Assembly (NCBI GenBank): GCA_002269645.1
Contig: NIVC01003249.1
Span: forward strand, 1-52,230
Length of the DNA stretch: 52,230 bases
Direction: 5' to 3'
DNA from: Macrostomum lignano
Taxonomy: Eukaryota
Shown here: one piece after another, positions 21,154-33,650 of the stretch
Layout of the letters: each line of letters starts with the position of its first letter
How positions within the stretch are numbered: position 1 is the first letter of the stretch
Notes under the pieces: model-generated
Database searches by the model: none
Seen by the model: only the letters and a program-made list of their open reading frames with translations
Told to the model about the DNA's origin: nothing
Program-made: the position numbers and the translations under genes

Positions 21154-23270
21154 TGTAGAAGGTCTTAAATTTATTAAACTTGACGTTGTTAATTGTTAAA
21201 CCCAGCACGATACTTATTACTAACGAGTAGTACTTCACGGACCAGCGATCTGATACTCGAGGGAATTGGGCTAATCGTCTCGCCCGTTCTAGAATTCCGC
21301 CGGGCTATTTGTCTCACTAGGAGTCTAGATTTCCGCTGGGCTATTTGTCTCACTAGGAGTCTAGATTTCCGCTGGGCTATTTGTCTCACTAGGAGTCTAG
21401 ATTTCCGCTGGGCTATTTGTCTCACTAGGAGTCTAGATTTCCGCTGGGCTATTTGTCTCACTAGGAGTCTAGATTTCCGCTGGGCTATTTGTCTCACTAG
21501 GAGTCTAGATTTCCGCTGGGCTATTTGTCTCACTAGGAGTCTAGATTTCCGCTGGGCTATTTGTCTCACTAGGAGTCTAGATTTTCGCTGGGCTATTTGT
21601 CTCACTAGGAGTCTAGATTTTCGCTGGGCTATTTGTCTCACTAGGAGTCTAGATTTCCGCTGGGCTATTTGTCTCACTAGGAGTCTAGATTTCCGCTGGG
21701 CTATTTGTCTCACTAGGAGGCTAGATTTCCGCTGGGCTATTTGTCTCACTAGGAGGCTAGATTTCCGCTGGGCTATTTGTCTCACTAGGAGTCTAGATTT
21801 TCGCTGGGCTATTTGTCTCACTAGGAGTCTAGATTTCCGCTGGGCTATTTGTCTCACTAGGAGTCTAGATTTCCGCTGGGCTATTTGTCTCACTAGGAGT
21901 CTAGATTTCCGCTGGGCTATTTGTCTCACTAGGAGTCTAGATTTCCGCTGGGCTATTTGTCTCACTAGGAGTCTAGATTTCCGCTGGGCTATTTGTCTCA
22001 CTAGGAGTCTAGATTTCCGCTGGGCTATTTGTCTCACTAGGAGTCTAGATTTCCGCTGGGCTATTTGTCTCACTAGGAGTCTAGATTTCCGCTGGGCTAT
22101 TTGTCTCACTAGGAGGCTAGATTTCCGCTGGGCTATTTGTCTCACTAGGAGGCTAGATTTCCGCTGGGCTATTTGTCTCACTAGGAGGCTAGATTTCCGC
22201 TGGGCTATCTGTCTCACTAGGAGGCTAGATTTCCGCTGGGCTATTTGTCTCACTAGGAGGCTAGATTTCCGCTGGGCTATTTGTCTCACTAGGAGGCTAG
22301 ATTTCCGCTGGGCTATTTGTCTCACTAGGAGGCTAGATTTCCGCTGGGCTATTTGTCTCACTAGGAGTCTAGATTTCCGCTGGGCTATTTGTCTCACTAG
22401 GAGTCTAGATTTCCGCTGGGCTATTTGTCTCACTAGGAGGCTAGATTTCCGCTGGGCTATTTGTCTCACTAGGAGGCTAGATTTCCGCTGGGCTATTTGT
22501 CTCACTAGGAGGCTAGATTTCCGCTGGGCTATTTGTCTCACTAGGAGGCTAGATTTCCGCTGGGCTATTTGTCTCACTAGGAGTCTAGATTTCCGCTGGG
22601 CTATTTGTCTCACTAGGAGGCTAGATTTCCGCTGGGCTATTTGTCTCACTAGGAGGCTAGATTTCCGCTGGGCTATTTGTCTCACGGGTTTTTTGTCCAA
22701 CAACAGGCTAATAGTATAAGTCACCCTGGACTCTTAACCGGTGATGACTCAGCGTCTGGCTCGGATTAATTGGGCTAATTGTCCGCGAACTCTTAATTTG
22801 CTGAGTGAGCGGTTCCTCTATTTCCGCTGACAAATATCCCAAATAACTTAGAATAACGGTAGCTGCGATGACAGGGTCTAATTAGGGCTAAAATTTTTAT
22901 CTTGCACCAGCCGAGAAGAGCGGTACCCTGAGATGGTCTGATAGCGTGCGACCAATAAATTTCTTGATAATTTGCGCGCCCTCCCGAATCGGTGATTAAT
23001 CCCAATTCTATTATATATTTCACGGAAGGTAATTCGCTGCCACCAATCGAAGCTATAGTTAAAATTGACTGAGACAAGTCGCTTGAATTAAGAATTTAAT
23101 TAGTTGGAACGTAATAAATTGGAAATAGCTTCAGATTAGTAATTAACAAATATAATTATCAAAACTGATTAATTAGCTAGAGCACAAGCAGAACAAAGAG
23201 TAATAAAAACTTAACATTGAATAATTAACAATTATTATTAATAATCAATAATTAATAAGTAAGATCTACA
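21154..23270 (-). mobile_element. LTR-like segment (Gypsy-type ends) inflated by an internal 36-bp array
   Basis: On the minus strand it begins TGTAGA (23270) and ends TCTACA (21154), a 6-bp inverted repeat. AATAAA lies about 15-20 nt before the end. GAGAAGAAG precedes it (PPT-like) and TT-TGGTGTAGCAACGGTGGGATT follows it (PBS-like, resembles a tRNA-Leu 3' end). No TSD, no gag/pol. Confidence 0.45.
21297..22685. repeat. 36-bp minisatellite, about 38 copies
   Basis: AG(T/G)CTAGATTTCCGCTGGGCTATTTGTCTCACTAGG head-to-tail, no spacers, no visible indels. Confidence 0.97.
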
Positions 23271-23846
23271 ACTTCTTCTCAATAGTTAAAAATTTCGAGA
23301 TCCTCTTACTCATGTCGAGTATTCGTAACTAGATCTATCACTCACTGATTATATTTATGCACCAATTGGCCGGGCTTCACACAAGCCAATATTAATTACG
23401 GGCGGGAACTTCCGCAACAAAGACTAGGCGGACCGTCGCAACAAGGGCAAACCAGGGCAGAGCGGGCGCCCTTCAAATTGGTGCGCGCGGTATATTTATA
23501 CCAATTAATCTGGTGCATTTTAACAAAGATAAAGTTATACTTGTCGCGCAGTTCTTGTACATTATTCCTAGCGCTTGTGCATGAAATCCAGTGAATTACT
23601 TGAATGTATTAGTAAACTTATTTCATTATTAGTAATTTTGCATTATTACGGATTTTCCAAGGAGCCATGTCACACATGTACGATTACTTCGATCGTATTT
23701 TAATAATAATGTATTTTCACGTGATTTGTTTCAAATTTGGTCTGTATATCTTGCATCCGAACATACTGAGACATCATCAGTAAAGTGTACGGTAGTCGTA
23801 GAAGCACAAGCTACATATGTTACGTACAGTATTGTACTCGTATTTT

Positions 23847-24152
23847 CAGGGGCGTCGCCATGGATATTATGGCGGGGGACAAAGCCAAGAATTCAACTTG
23901 TACATATGTACATGACTAAATTTCTAAATTTCTATTATTTTGAGAATCGTGTTGTCAGAGCCCTCATTTTGGCGCAGCAGGTACTCATTTTAGCGCCACA
24001 GGCACTCATTTTGGCGCCCTGAAAAAAATTTATTGATTTACCACAACGAGTCACAAGGTGGGGTGGGGGGACAACATTGGCATGTCCCCCCATAGCTTTT
24101 ACTGGCCGGGGGGGACATGTCTCTCCTGCCCCCCCCGGTGGCGACGCACCTG
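23847..24152. mobile_element. hAT-like MITE (306 bp)
   Basis: TIR CAGGGGCGTCGCCA / TGGCGACGCACCTG (1 mismatch in 14); flanks CGTATTTT and CATATTTT (8-bp TSD, 1 mismatch); internal CTCATTTT(G/A)GCGC x3. Confidence 0.75.
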
Positions 24153-25489
24153 CATATTTTACCTGCACACGTACATTTGCCAACTGACTTTTGATAGACG
24201 TGATCGAGAATTGTCAGCCCAAGGAAACCAGTGAAACACTTTAAAGCATTTGACCACTTTATAAAACTACTGCATGAAGTCAGCCCTGCGTCGCACATAC
24301 ATTATCCATGTCCAATTTTTAATGAAAGTCCTTTCATTTGCACCTTGCACATTGCTGGCCATTAGGCATATGATTGACCTCGATGTAAACGTGTCGTAAC
24401 TTTTTTTGGGAAACTGCCAGATCATCACTCTTCGGCTAGCTGTTTTTATTTAAAGCAAGTAAAAACGTTAAAATATGTAAAAAATATTCTCTAAACGTTT
24501 ATTTGGGTTAAACTGTTTGTTATAACTACTAGTTTAAAATACTAAAAAAGAAGAAATTAAATTATTCTTCATAATAAGATTCATGAATGATCATCATCAG
24601 GACATCAAACATCGTCATGACATTAGCGCTCTTGGATGCTTGGTTGTTCATATTCCTTTGTTGAATACATAGTCAAAATAGAGCCTAGAGCTAATAGCTT
24701 CTACAACGTAGAAAAAAATTGTAAAGAAACTAATCGAAACACAAACAGCACAGCAACTGTAATCATAATCATAGGGCCTACTTGTTTGAAACAGAACATT
24801 CAGGACTCAGGACAGGTGGGTGGGCTAACGTAAGTTTATATTATAGCATCTGTATTAAAATATGACTAAAAAGTGCTTATACAAACCACCCGAACAGTCC
24901 GTGTAGGCCTACATAGATGATGATCATAGATTTATGCACACGAGCCCGGGCATCTCGAAAAATATGTTGCTAAAAGGAATGCAGCCCAGCTGGGCTAGCA
25001 TTAGGCCTAGCTAGAGACACAGGCTGGTCTAGCACGACTACCACTAAATTCCTTGCTTCTCTGGCTGCGCTGACCTAGCAGATCAACAGTGCTAGTTTAT
25101 TAGATTAGGCCTAGGCCCTACCCTAGTAGGCTAGTCCCATGCCATATAGTAGTCCCTAGGCCATAGGAAGTATTATGTGTTGTACTTTATAGCACATGTA
25201 GCTAGCCATTGTAATGCCTATTTGTTGCATGATTTGGGAAGACAGGTAGGGCCAATAGAATATAGGGCCTATAATGGAAATTTCTATTATATACAATTCC
25301 TTCCACAGATTAGAAACAATCCATACTAAATTAAAATAAAACAATGTTATATCTATTGTATTGCAATTGTTTTATAAACTCATCAAAAAGCAAATGGTAG
25401 GCCTAAGTCTAAGAGGCTAGGGCTAGGCCTATAATAGGCCCCCCTAGCCCTAGGCAAGTAACAAGCCTATAAGCCTACTTGTATCTTAG

Positions 25490-26039
25490 CCATAGTCCGG
25501 ATCATGCTGGACTTATGCCAGAGGAAAAATCCAACATTTTTGGCACTTACGCTAGACTTACGCCAACCAAAAAAAGGTCCCTCTGACTTATGCCACCCAA
25601 AAAAAGGTCCCTCACAATTTGGTGATTAATTAAATTCAGAAGTTGCAACTTTAAAAATCTCACAAGTTGCAAATTCTGAATCAAGAATCAAAGTAAGCAT
25701 CTTGAACCTAAAAAAAACTTTTGCTATCCTACAATAGATATTCTGCTATCTCATTTATATAAACTGCAATGTTTTAATGAACTTTGTTTTAATGCTGCTC
25801 TTTAACATCATAATTAACGCAAATGTGTAATGTTTTATAGATAGTGATACATTTGATTGTGAATGATCTCATTTGTGCCAACATTTACGCTACTTGATTT
25901 ATGCCATGTACTTACGCCAAGCACTTATGCCAAGGCACATTTTGGCCTATACTTATGCCAAGCACTTACGCCAGCCTCTGATCCCAAACCAGATTTACGC
26001 CGGAGATTTCTGGCATAAACAACATGATCCAGAGTATGG
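25490..26039. mobile_element. MITE with perfect 8-bp TSD (hAT- or P-type), 550 bp
   Basis: TSD TATCTTAG at 25482-25489 and 26040-26047. Imperfect ~33-bp TIR: left CCATAGTCCGGATCATGCTGGACTTATGCCAGA, right (reverse complement) CCATACTCTGGATCATGTTGTTTATGCCAGA. Many subterminal ACTTA(C/T)GCCA motifs near both ends. Confidence 0.85.
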
Positions 26040-28021
26040 TATCTTAGGGCTTACCCTACTTCTATCTTAATGAATGATTCTTTAGCTATCACTAGCTATA
26101 ATAGTGGGCCTATATATTGTTCTGTCTATTTAAATATTCTAAAATCTGCCACTAAGTTGTAATAGGTCTAACTTTCTATTTAATTAATCCTATTGTTGTA
26201 TTTTACTTTTTCAATCTTAGTATAAGTTTAGTAGCATCCCTAATACTAATAGTGTTCTTGGTAGCATCCTTAGTAGCATTTTTATATAAATCTAGTAGTG
26301 TTTATGTTATCTTGGCCTGAGTGTTCTTACTAGTATATATACTATTCTACAGTCTAAGCATTACCAAGATTAGAGGGTCAAAGTGCTTAGTCTAAACATG
26401 TATTCTCTTTGTATGTACTCCTGAATTTCTCCAAATGCTTCTTAGAATCTCTTACTGTAAAATGATTGGCAATTTAGTGTAGGCCTATGGCAATGTATAT
26501 GAGAATGTTCAATTAATCTCTTTAATATGAGAACAAAAAATGAAAAAAAAATTAGTTAACATGTTTAGAAGCTTAGGCATATAGCAAGTAAATAAGTTGG
26601 TCTCTTTCCTTTAAACTTTACTCTTAGTCTTTTTTATACTAAGTTGATCACATATTTAAAACAAACATCAAATATTAAGAATATTTTGCAAATTAAAACA
26701 GATATATAATTTTTGTATAGATTCTAAAACTAGAGTTTTGTAGTAGAAGGGTTTATTCCAAGCAGTTTTGCTACTTTTAATGAAGGTCTTGCTAGTTGAA
26801 TTCCTATTTGTCTAGAGGAAATTCTTTGAAAGATTAAAATTACAAAAAAGCAGTTTTGCTTTTATGCTACTAACAGTAGTTCAGCCCCAGGGAAGTAATA
26901 GAAGTCAGGGGAAATTTAGAAACAGCAAGTTTGTCTACTAATATAGAGCTATTGAGCTCTAGGAAAAGTATCCATTGGGACAAATTTGTGACATTGTATT
27001 TCAAGTGAATATAAAAGGAAGTCTTTCCTTGAATAGAAAGATATAAAATAAGAACTTTCCTTCTGAAAATCCTAGGGAATAGGGTAAGTTTAGTATAAGA
27101 ATAGGGAGGCTAAAAGGTGTTTACATACCATTTAGTCTAAATAAGGGACAGAGTCTACTTGAACTTATACTAAGAAACCAACATTTTCTTAATTGTGCTC
27201 AATTCTTTGCATGCTAAGGTCATGAAATAAAATATTTTCCTTTGTTTATTAAAAGTTAAAATTGACTTGTATCTTACTTATTTTAATTTAACATTAAAAG
27301 GTATAGGAACATACGATTAGTAGCAACAATCTACCAAATATAAGAAAGAATTAATAAAGTAGAAAGAATAGCCAGTAGCCTAGACTGCAAAGACCCCCTA
27401 GTCCAGTTTCTAAGAAATGATAACCACTTCTACACTTAAGCTAAATAAAAATTAACTATGACTAAGTTTTATTATAGCTTATTGCCCCTATATAACTAAC
27501 AATTTATATTATGATTATATTTTAAGACATTCAAAGAATATTGGAAATATTAAGAAAGATCCCATAATCAGATTGTCAACTAGCATTTTATCAACTGGGG
27601 AGCCATTGCCCTCAGGTCACATCATCAACTAGTCAATCAGTGGATCTCTAAATGTTGTCACTTCATCAACTGAGCATTAATTATTTCAATATATAATGTA
27701 GTGCAGTATTGTATACATACATATTCATGGCTATATCTGTGCCAAGAATTGTTCTATTAACTCTCTTATATGAATGAAGCAGGTGAAGCAGGTTAATCAA
27801 TTTTGAAGTGCAACATACTGCATTGCATTGCCGAGCATTGGAACATATTTGATATTGTTTCTAAATTATTCAAATTCAACATTGAATTGCAACAAAGTAA
27901 AAGGTATTTTAAAAAGAATTTAAAATACTTATACTAAGTTATATAATACTTATTCAGTTGAATAAAATTTTATTCAACTTGGTTAACTGTGACACTTATA
28001 GCATGATGGTTGTAAATGTAG

Positions 28022-30295
28022 TCTTTGATGTTAGTAGTCAGTGAAGTTCACAAAATTGGAGTGCAACCACACCTGACTGGGACTATATATCATAACATGG
28101 ACCCACATGGAGCTGAAGTCTATGGCTATCTGTAAGCAATCTTTATTTCAATCATGGCTCATTTGCATATTGCTTGAGTGCTGGTGACTGTTAAGTTAAT
28201 AATATCAAATTGCATCAAATCATAGCTCATTCTGGATTAGTCTGGACAGAGATTGCAGGTCCTACAATAGACAATGAACTAGATCGCACTGATTATACTT
28301 GTTCAGGGCCTGCAACTCCACTTGCTTCCTAGTTAATTTTGGATTTGGGATATCTCAATTTTGAGTAAATAGCAAGAGAAACTATAATTGTATTAATGCT
28401 AAATGCCTTGCCATCTAATTAGTACTATATGAATATTACTTTTATGTTTTTTTCAATTGCCAAAGGCCTATGAAACACCTTGAAACGAAATTTTACTATA
28501 TAAAAGTTATGTATAATTTGTTATTCATAGCAAATATTATATAATTTTGTTTTGTTATTTCAGATCTTACAACAATCACTGCAAAATAGAATTCAACAAT
28601 TGTCATGCATCTCATGGCCTTCAACTTATGGGCATGGGCTCACTATGCTCTTTCGATGGAGTTACATTGCTGGATACCAGGGTAAGTGCTTTTTCCTTTG
28701 CTGCTTTACTTTTTACAGTTTCTACAATTTATTAAATTCAGCAAAGTAAGCTTTGAATTAAAAGTTGCATTTTAATGCAATCTCATAATTAAACCAGCCA
28801 AATAATTTTGGTTCATCATTTATATTTGCAAGTAGTTATGTTCAATTTAATTTCTTATAGAATTTACTTCTTGGTTTTCTAAAATTAAAATCTCTAAGTT
28901 AAGTAGTAATTGTCTTGAGTAAACCTAGTCTCAAGCATGGTTTCCTATATTACAATTAAATAAATTATTTAAGGGCTTAACTATTACTTGTGCATCTGAA
29001 TCTGACTTCAGAACAAGGTGATCCCAATTTTACAAGCCCAACATTTCGTTGCTTAACTTGATAAAATTTTTTTTTCAATCATCTAGAGACTTTTTGCACT
29101 GTCTCTTGCACCCAAATCCTCAGTTGCTGGGCCAGCCTCTTAGAGAGTCAGTTGCTGGGCCAGCCTCTTAGAGAGTCAGTTGCTGGGCCAGCCTCCCAGA
29201 TCCCCAGTTGCTAGGCCAATCTCAGATCCTCAGTTGCTGGGCCAGCCTCCCAGAGTGTCAGTTTCTGGGCCAATCTCAGATCCCCAGTTGCTAGGCCAAT
29301 CTCAGATCCCCAGTTGCTAAGCCAGTCTCCCAGATCGTCAGTTGCTGGGCCAGCCTCCCAGTTCCCAGTTGTGGGGCCAGCCTCCCAGATCCCCAGTTGC
29401 GAGGCCAGCCTCCCAGATCCTCAGTTGCTGGGCCAGCCTCCCAGATCCTCAGTTTCTGGGCCAGCCTCCCAGATCCTCAGTTGCTGGGCCAGCCTCCCAG
29501 ATCCTCAGTTTCTGGGCCAGCCTCCCAGATCCTCAGTTGCTGGGCCAGCCTCCCAGAGTGTCAGTTTCTGGGCCAATCTCAGATCCCCAGTTGCTAGGCC
29601 AATCTCAGATCCCCAGTTGCTAAGCCAGTCTCCCAGATCGTCAGTTTCTGGGCCAGCCTCCCAGTTCCCAGTTGCGGGGCCAGCCTCCCAGATCCCCAGT
29701 TGCGAGGCCAGCCTCCCAGATCCTCAGTTGCTGGGCCAGCCTCCCAGATCCTCAGTTGCTGGGCTAGCCTCCCAGATCCTCAGTTTCTGGGCCAGCCTCC
29801 CAGATCCTCAGTTTCTGGGCCAGCCTCCCAGATCCTCAGTTTCTGGGCCAGCCTCCCAGATCCTTAGTTTCTGGGCCAGCCTCCCAGATCCTCAGTTGCT
29901 GGGCCAGCCTCCCAGATCCTCAGTTTCTGGGCCAGCCTCACAAATCCCCACTTGCTTAATAGTCAGAGTTAAGTAGGCATTACGTTCTTAGCGATTTGTC
30001 ACCTAGGTTTCTTTTTTCGTTGCAATTCTGTAACCAGAGTCCCAGTTACAGTTGCAAATGAAAATTTATTATTGTAATTTTGCAACATCAGAATTGCTTT
30101 CAAAAATGAACCCATCCAACTTTCAGATTGTTCGTTATTTTTTTACAGGTGTTTCGTTTCACTTCTTCAAGCGCAGAAGCCTGGCAAATGGCAATTGAGG
30201 GCTTTTCGTTTTCTTTCGCACCTTATAGCAATGATTGCCAATTTGCCTGCTCTGTTTCGGCTCTCGAGCGGCCCAGTTTATTTTTAACATTCTGA
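28022..30295 (+). CDS. Hypothetical ~123-aa protein; candidate exons 28022-28131, 28564-28681, 30149-30295
   Basis: Phase-consistent junctions: CT|GTAAGC..TTATTTCAG|A (phase 2) and AGG|GTAAGT..TTTTTTACAG|GTG (phase 0). Spliced frame is open from ATG 28028 (MLVVSEVHKIGVQPHLTGTIYHNMDPHGAEVYGYLSYNNHCKIEF...) to TGA 30293-30295. No family recognised. Confidence 0.35.
29112..29940. repeat. 28-bp minisatellite with ~300-bp higher-order duplication
   Basis: CCAGCCTCCCAGATCCTCAGTT(G/T)CTGGG; the variant block CAGAGTGTCAGTTTCTGGGCCAATCTCAGATCCCC recurs at about 29250 and 29555. Confidence 0.93.
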
Positions 30296-30529
30296 GGGCT
30301 CCGCCCACACGACCGCTGCCGCCTCAGTTCACGCGATTCGATCGCTATTGAGTGCGGAATCTTTTGCCACTCAAAAAGGCTTGGATCTACTATACACTTT
30401 CTGTTTTAGGATTTCATGCGATTGCTTATAGGAAATACTCAGTGCATAGATGTTTACTTGTTGCCAATTGGGAATCATCTTTAAACTTTCATTAAACAGA
30501 AGTCTTTACCAGTGATCTTTTTATTCCAG

Positions 30530-31160
30530 CTTACCGCAGTTTCACTCCCGCTTCCCACAGTTTCACTCCCGCTTCCCACAGTTTCACTCCCGCTTACCAC
30601 AGTTTCACTCCCGCTTCCCACAGTTTCACTCCCACCCCACAGATTCACTCCCGCTTACCACAGTTTCACTCCCGCTTACCACAGTTTCACTCACTCCCAT
30701 TTCCCACAGTTTCACTCCGGCTTCCCACAGTTTCACTCCCGCTTCCCACAGTTTCACTCCCGCTTACCACAGTTTCACTCACTCCCGCTTCCCACAGTTT
30801 CACTCCCGCTTCCCACAGTTTCACTCCCGCTTACCACAGTTTCACTCCCGCTTACCACAGTTTCACTCCCGCTTCCCACAGTTTCACTCCCGCTTACCAC
30901 AGTTTCACTCCCTCCCGCTTCCCACAGTTTCACTCCCTCGAACTTCCCGCAGTTTCACTCACTCCAACTTCCCACAGTTTCACTCCCTCGAACTTCCCGC
31001 AGTTTCACTCACTCCAACTTCCCACAGTTTCACTCCCTCGAACTTCCCGCAGTTTCACTCACTCCAACTTCCCGCAGTTTCACTCACTCCAACTTCTCGC
31101 AGTTTCAACCGCTTACCACAGTTTCACTCCCAGTTTCACTCCCGCCTCCCGCAGTTTCAT
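30530..31160. repeat. ~21-bp minisatellite
   Basis: CAGTTTCACTCCCGCTT(C/A)CCA; source of ORF 30512-31198. Confidence 0.93.
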
Positions 31161-31604
31161 TTATTTTCATTCCAAATCTTACAAATAGTACTTTTTGAGA
31201 ATCGATCAAAGGAATATTTTGCATTTAATGGTATTTTTGCACCTATCTTAATGCTAGCTAATTCACCTGTGATATCTTTAGTACCCAATTAGCACAGTCA
31301 GGGTATGCTGTCTCACAATGTACAACTTTTTCATTAGATTAATTAAAGTGTTTGCTCAAACTTTTCCACTCTGGCAAATTTCTGTGTTCTTAACTCAACC
31401 ACTTTCCAATTCGATTAGTATTGTTTAACTGTGTCTTTGTGCGGCCCATTGTTCAATAAACCGGGTTTGCTGTTACCAAGGGATCTGCATTGATTTGTCT
31501 AGAAGCATTTTCATCATAATTTCTTTTTTATTTGCCAATGTGTGCTTAAAGGTTGTTTCAATCTGGTGTTGATTCATAAAGTTTAAACACTTTTACCGTG
31601 CCAA

Positions 31605-33650
31605 TAGGAATCTCACTTGAGATTTTTAATAATCTGCTTTTAACAGAATATCCATAAGAATCTCACAAGAGATTTTCTAAGAATCTGCTATTATCAGAAT
31701 ATCTATAAGAATCTCACATGAGATTTTCTAAGAATCTGCTGTTATCAAAATATCTATAAGAATCTCACATGAGATTTTCTAAGAATCTGCTGTTATCAGA
31801 ATATCCATAAGAATCTCACATGAGATTTTCTAAGAATCTGCTGTTATCAGAATATCCACAAGAATCTCACATGAGATTTTCTAAGAATCTGCTGTTATCA
31901 GAATATCAATAAGAATCTCACATGAGATTTTCTAAGAATCTGCTGCTATCAGAATATCAACAAGAATCTCACATGAGATTTTCTAAGAATCTGCTGTTAT
32001 CAGAATATCAATAAGAATCTCACATGAGATTTTCTAAGAATCTGCTGTTATCAGAATATCAACAAGAATCTCACATGAGATTTCTAATAATCTGCTCTTA
32101 TCAGAATATCAACAAGAATCTCACATGAGATTTTCTAAGAATCTGCTGCTATCAGAATATCCACAAGAATCTCATATGAGATTTTCTAAGAATCTGCTGT
32201 TATCAGAATATCTATAAGAATCTCACATGAGATTTTCTAAGAATCTGCTGTTATCAGAATATCCATAAGAATCTCACATGAGATTTTCTAAGAATCTGCT
32301 GTTATCAGAATATCCACAAGAATCTCACATGAGATTTTCTAAGAATCTGCTGCTATCAGAATATCAACAAGAATCTCACATGAGATTTTCTAAGAATCTG
32401 CTGTTATCAGAATATCAATAAGAATCTCACATGAGATTTCTAAGAATCTGCTGTTATCAGAATATCAACAAGAATCTCACATGAGATTTCTAATAATCTG
32501 CTGTTATCAGAATATCAACAAGAATCTCACATGAGATTTTCTAAGAATCTGCTGTTATCAGAATATCCACAAGAATCTCATATGAGATTTTCTAAGAATC
32601 TGCTGCTATCAGAATATCAACAAGAATCTCACATGAGATTTTCTAAGAATCTGCTGTTATCAGAATATCAACAAGAATCTCACATGAGATTTCTAATAAT
32701 CTGCTTTTAGCAGAATATCAATAAGAATCTCTGCTATTATCAGAATATCTATAAGAATCTCACATAAGATCTTCTAAGAATCTGCTGTTATCAGAATATC
32801 CACAAGAATCTCATATGAGATTTTCTAAGAATCTGCTGTTATCAGAATATCTATAAGAATCTCACATGAGATTTTCTAAGAATCTGCTGTTATCAGAATA
32901 TCAACAAGAATCTCACATGAGATTTCTAATAATCTGCTTTTAGCAGAATATCAATAAGAATCTCTGCTATTATCAGAATATCTATAAGAATCTCACATGA
33001 GATTTTCTAAGAATCTGCTGTTATCAGAATATCCACAAGAATCTCATATGAGATTTTCTAAGAATCTGCTGTTATCAGAATATCTATAAGAATCTCACAT
33101 GAGATTTTCTAAGAATCTGCTGTTATCAGAATATCCATAAGAATCTCACATGAGATTTTCTAAGAATCTGCTGTTATCAGAATATCCACAAGAATCTCAC
33201 ATGAGATTTTCTAAGAATCTGCTGCTATCAGAATATCAACAAGAATCTCACATGAGATTTCTAAGAATCTGCTGTTATCAGAATATCAACAAGAATCTCA
33301 CATGAGATTTCTAATAATCTGCTGTTATCAGAGTATCAACAAGAATCTCACATGAGATTTTCTAAGAATCTGCTGTTATCAGAATATCCACAAGAATCTC
33401 ATATGAGATTTTCTAAGAATCTGCTGCTATCAGAATATCAACAAGAATCTCACATGAGATTTTCTAAGAATCTGCTGTTATCAGAATATCAACAAGAATC
33501 TCACATGAGATTTCTAATAATCTGCTTTTAGCAGAATATCAATAAGAATCTCTGCTATTATCAGAATATCTATAAGAATCTCACATGAGATTTTCTAAGA
33601 ATCTGCTGTTATCAGAATATCCATAAGAATCTCACGTGAGATTTTCTCAG
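31605..33650. repeat. ~51-bp minisatellite with internal palindrome, about 40 copies
   Basis: TAAGAATCTCACATGAGATTTTCTAAGAATCTGCTGTTATCAGAATATC(C/T/A)A; each unit has AATCTCA-CA-TGAGATT. Confidence 0.96.

Noticed and set aside
21297-22685. CRISPR array (36-bp repeats)
   Set aside because: Units are head-to-tail with no unique spacers, there are no cas genes, and the context is eukaryotic.
21189-22724. 511-aa (-) and 508-aa (+) ORFs across the 36-bp array
   Set aside because: A 36-bp unit has 12 codons per frame, so a stop-free frame has about a 56% chance; neither ORF has an ATG start or meaningful non-repeat sequence.
29314-31198. ORFs of 220 aa and 228 aa
   Set aside because: Both are confined to the 28-bp and 21-bp arrays.
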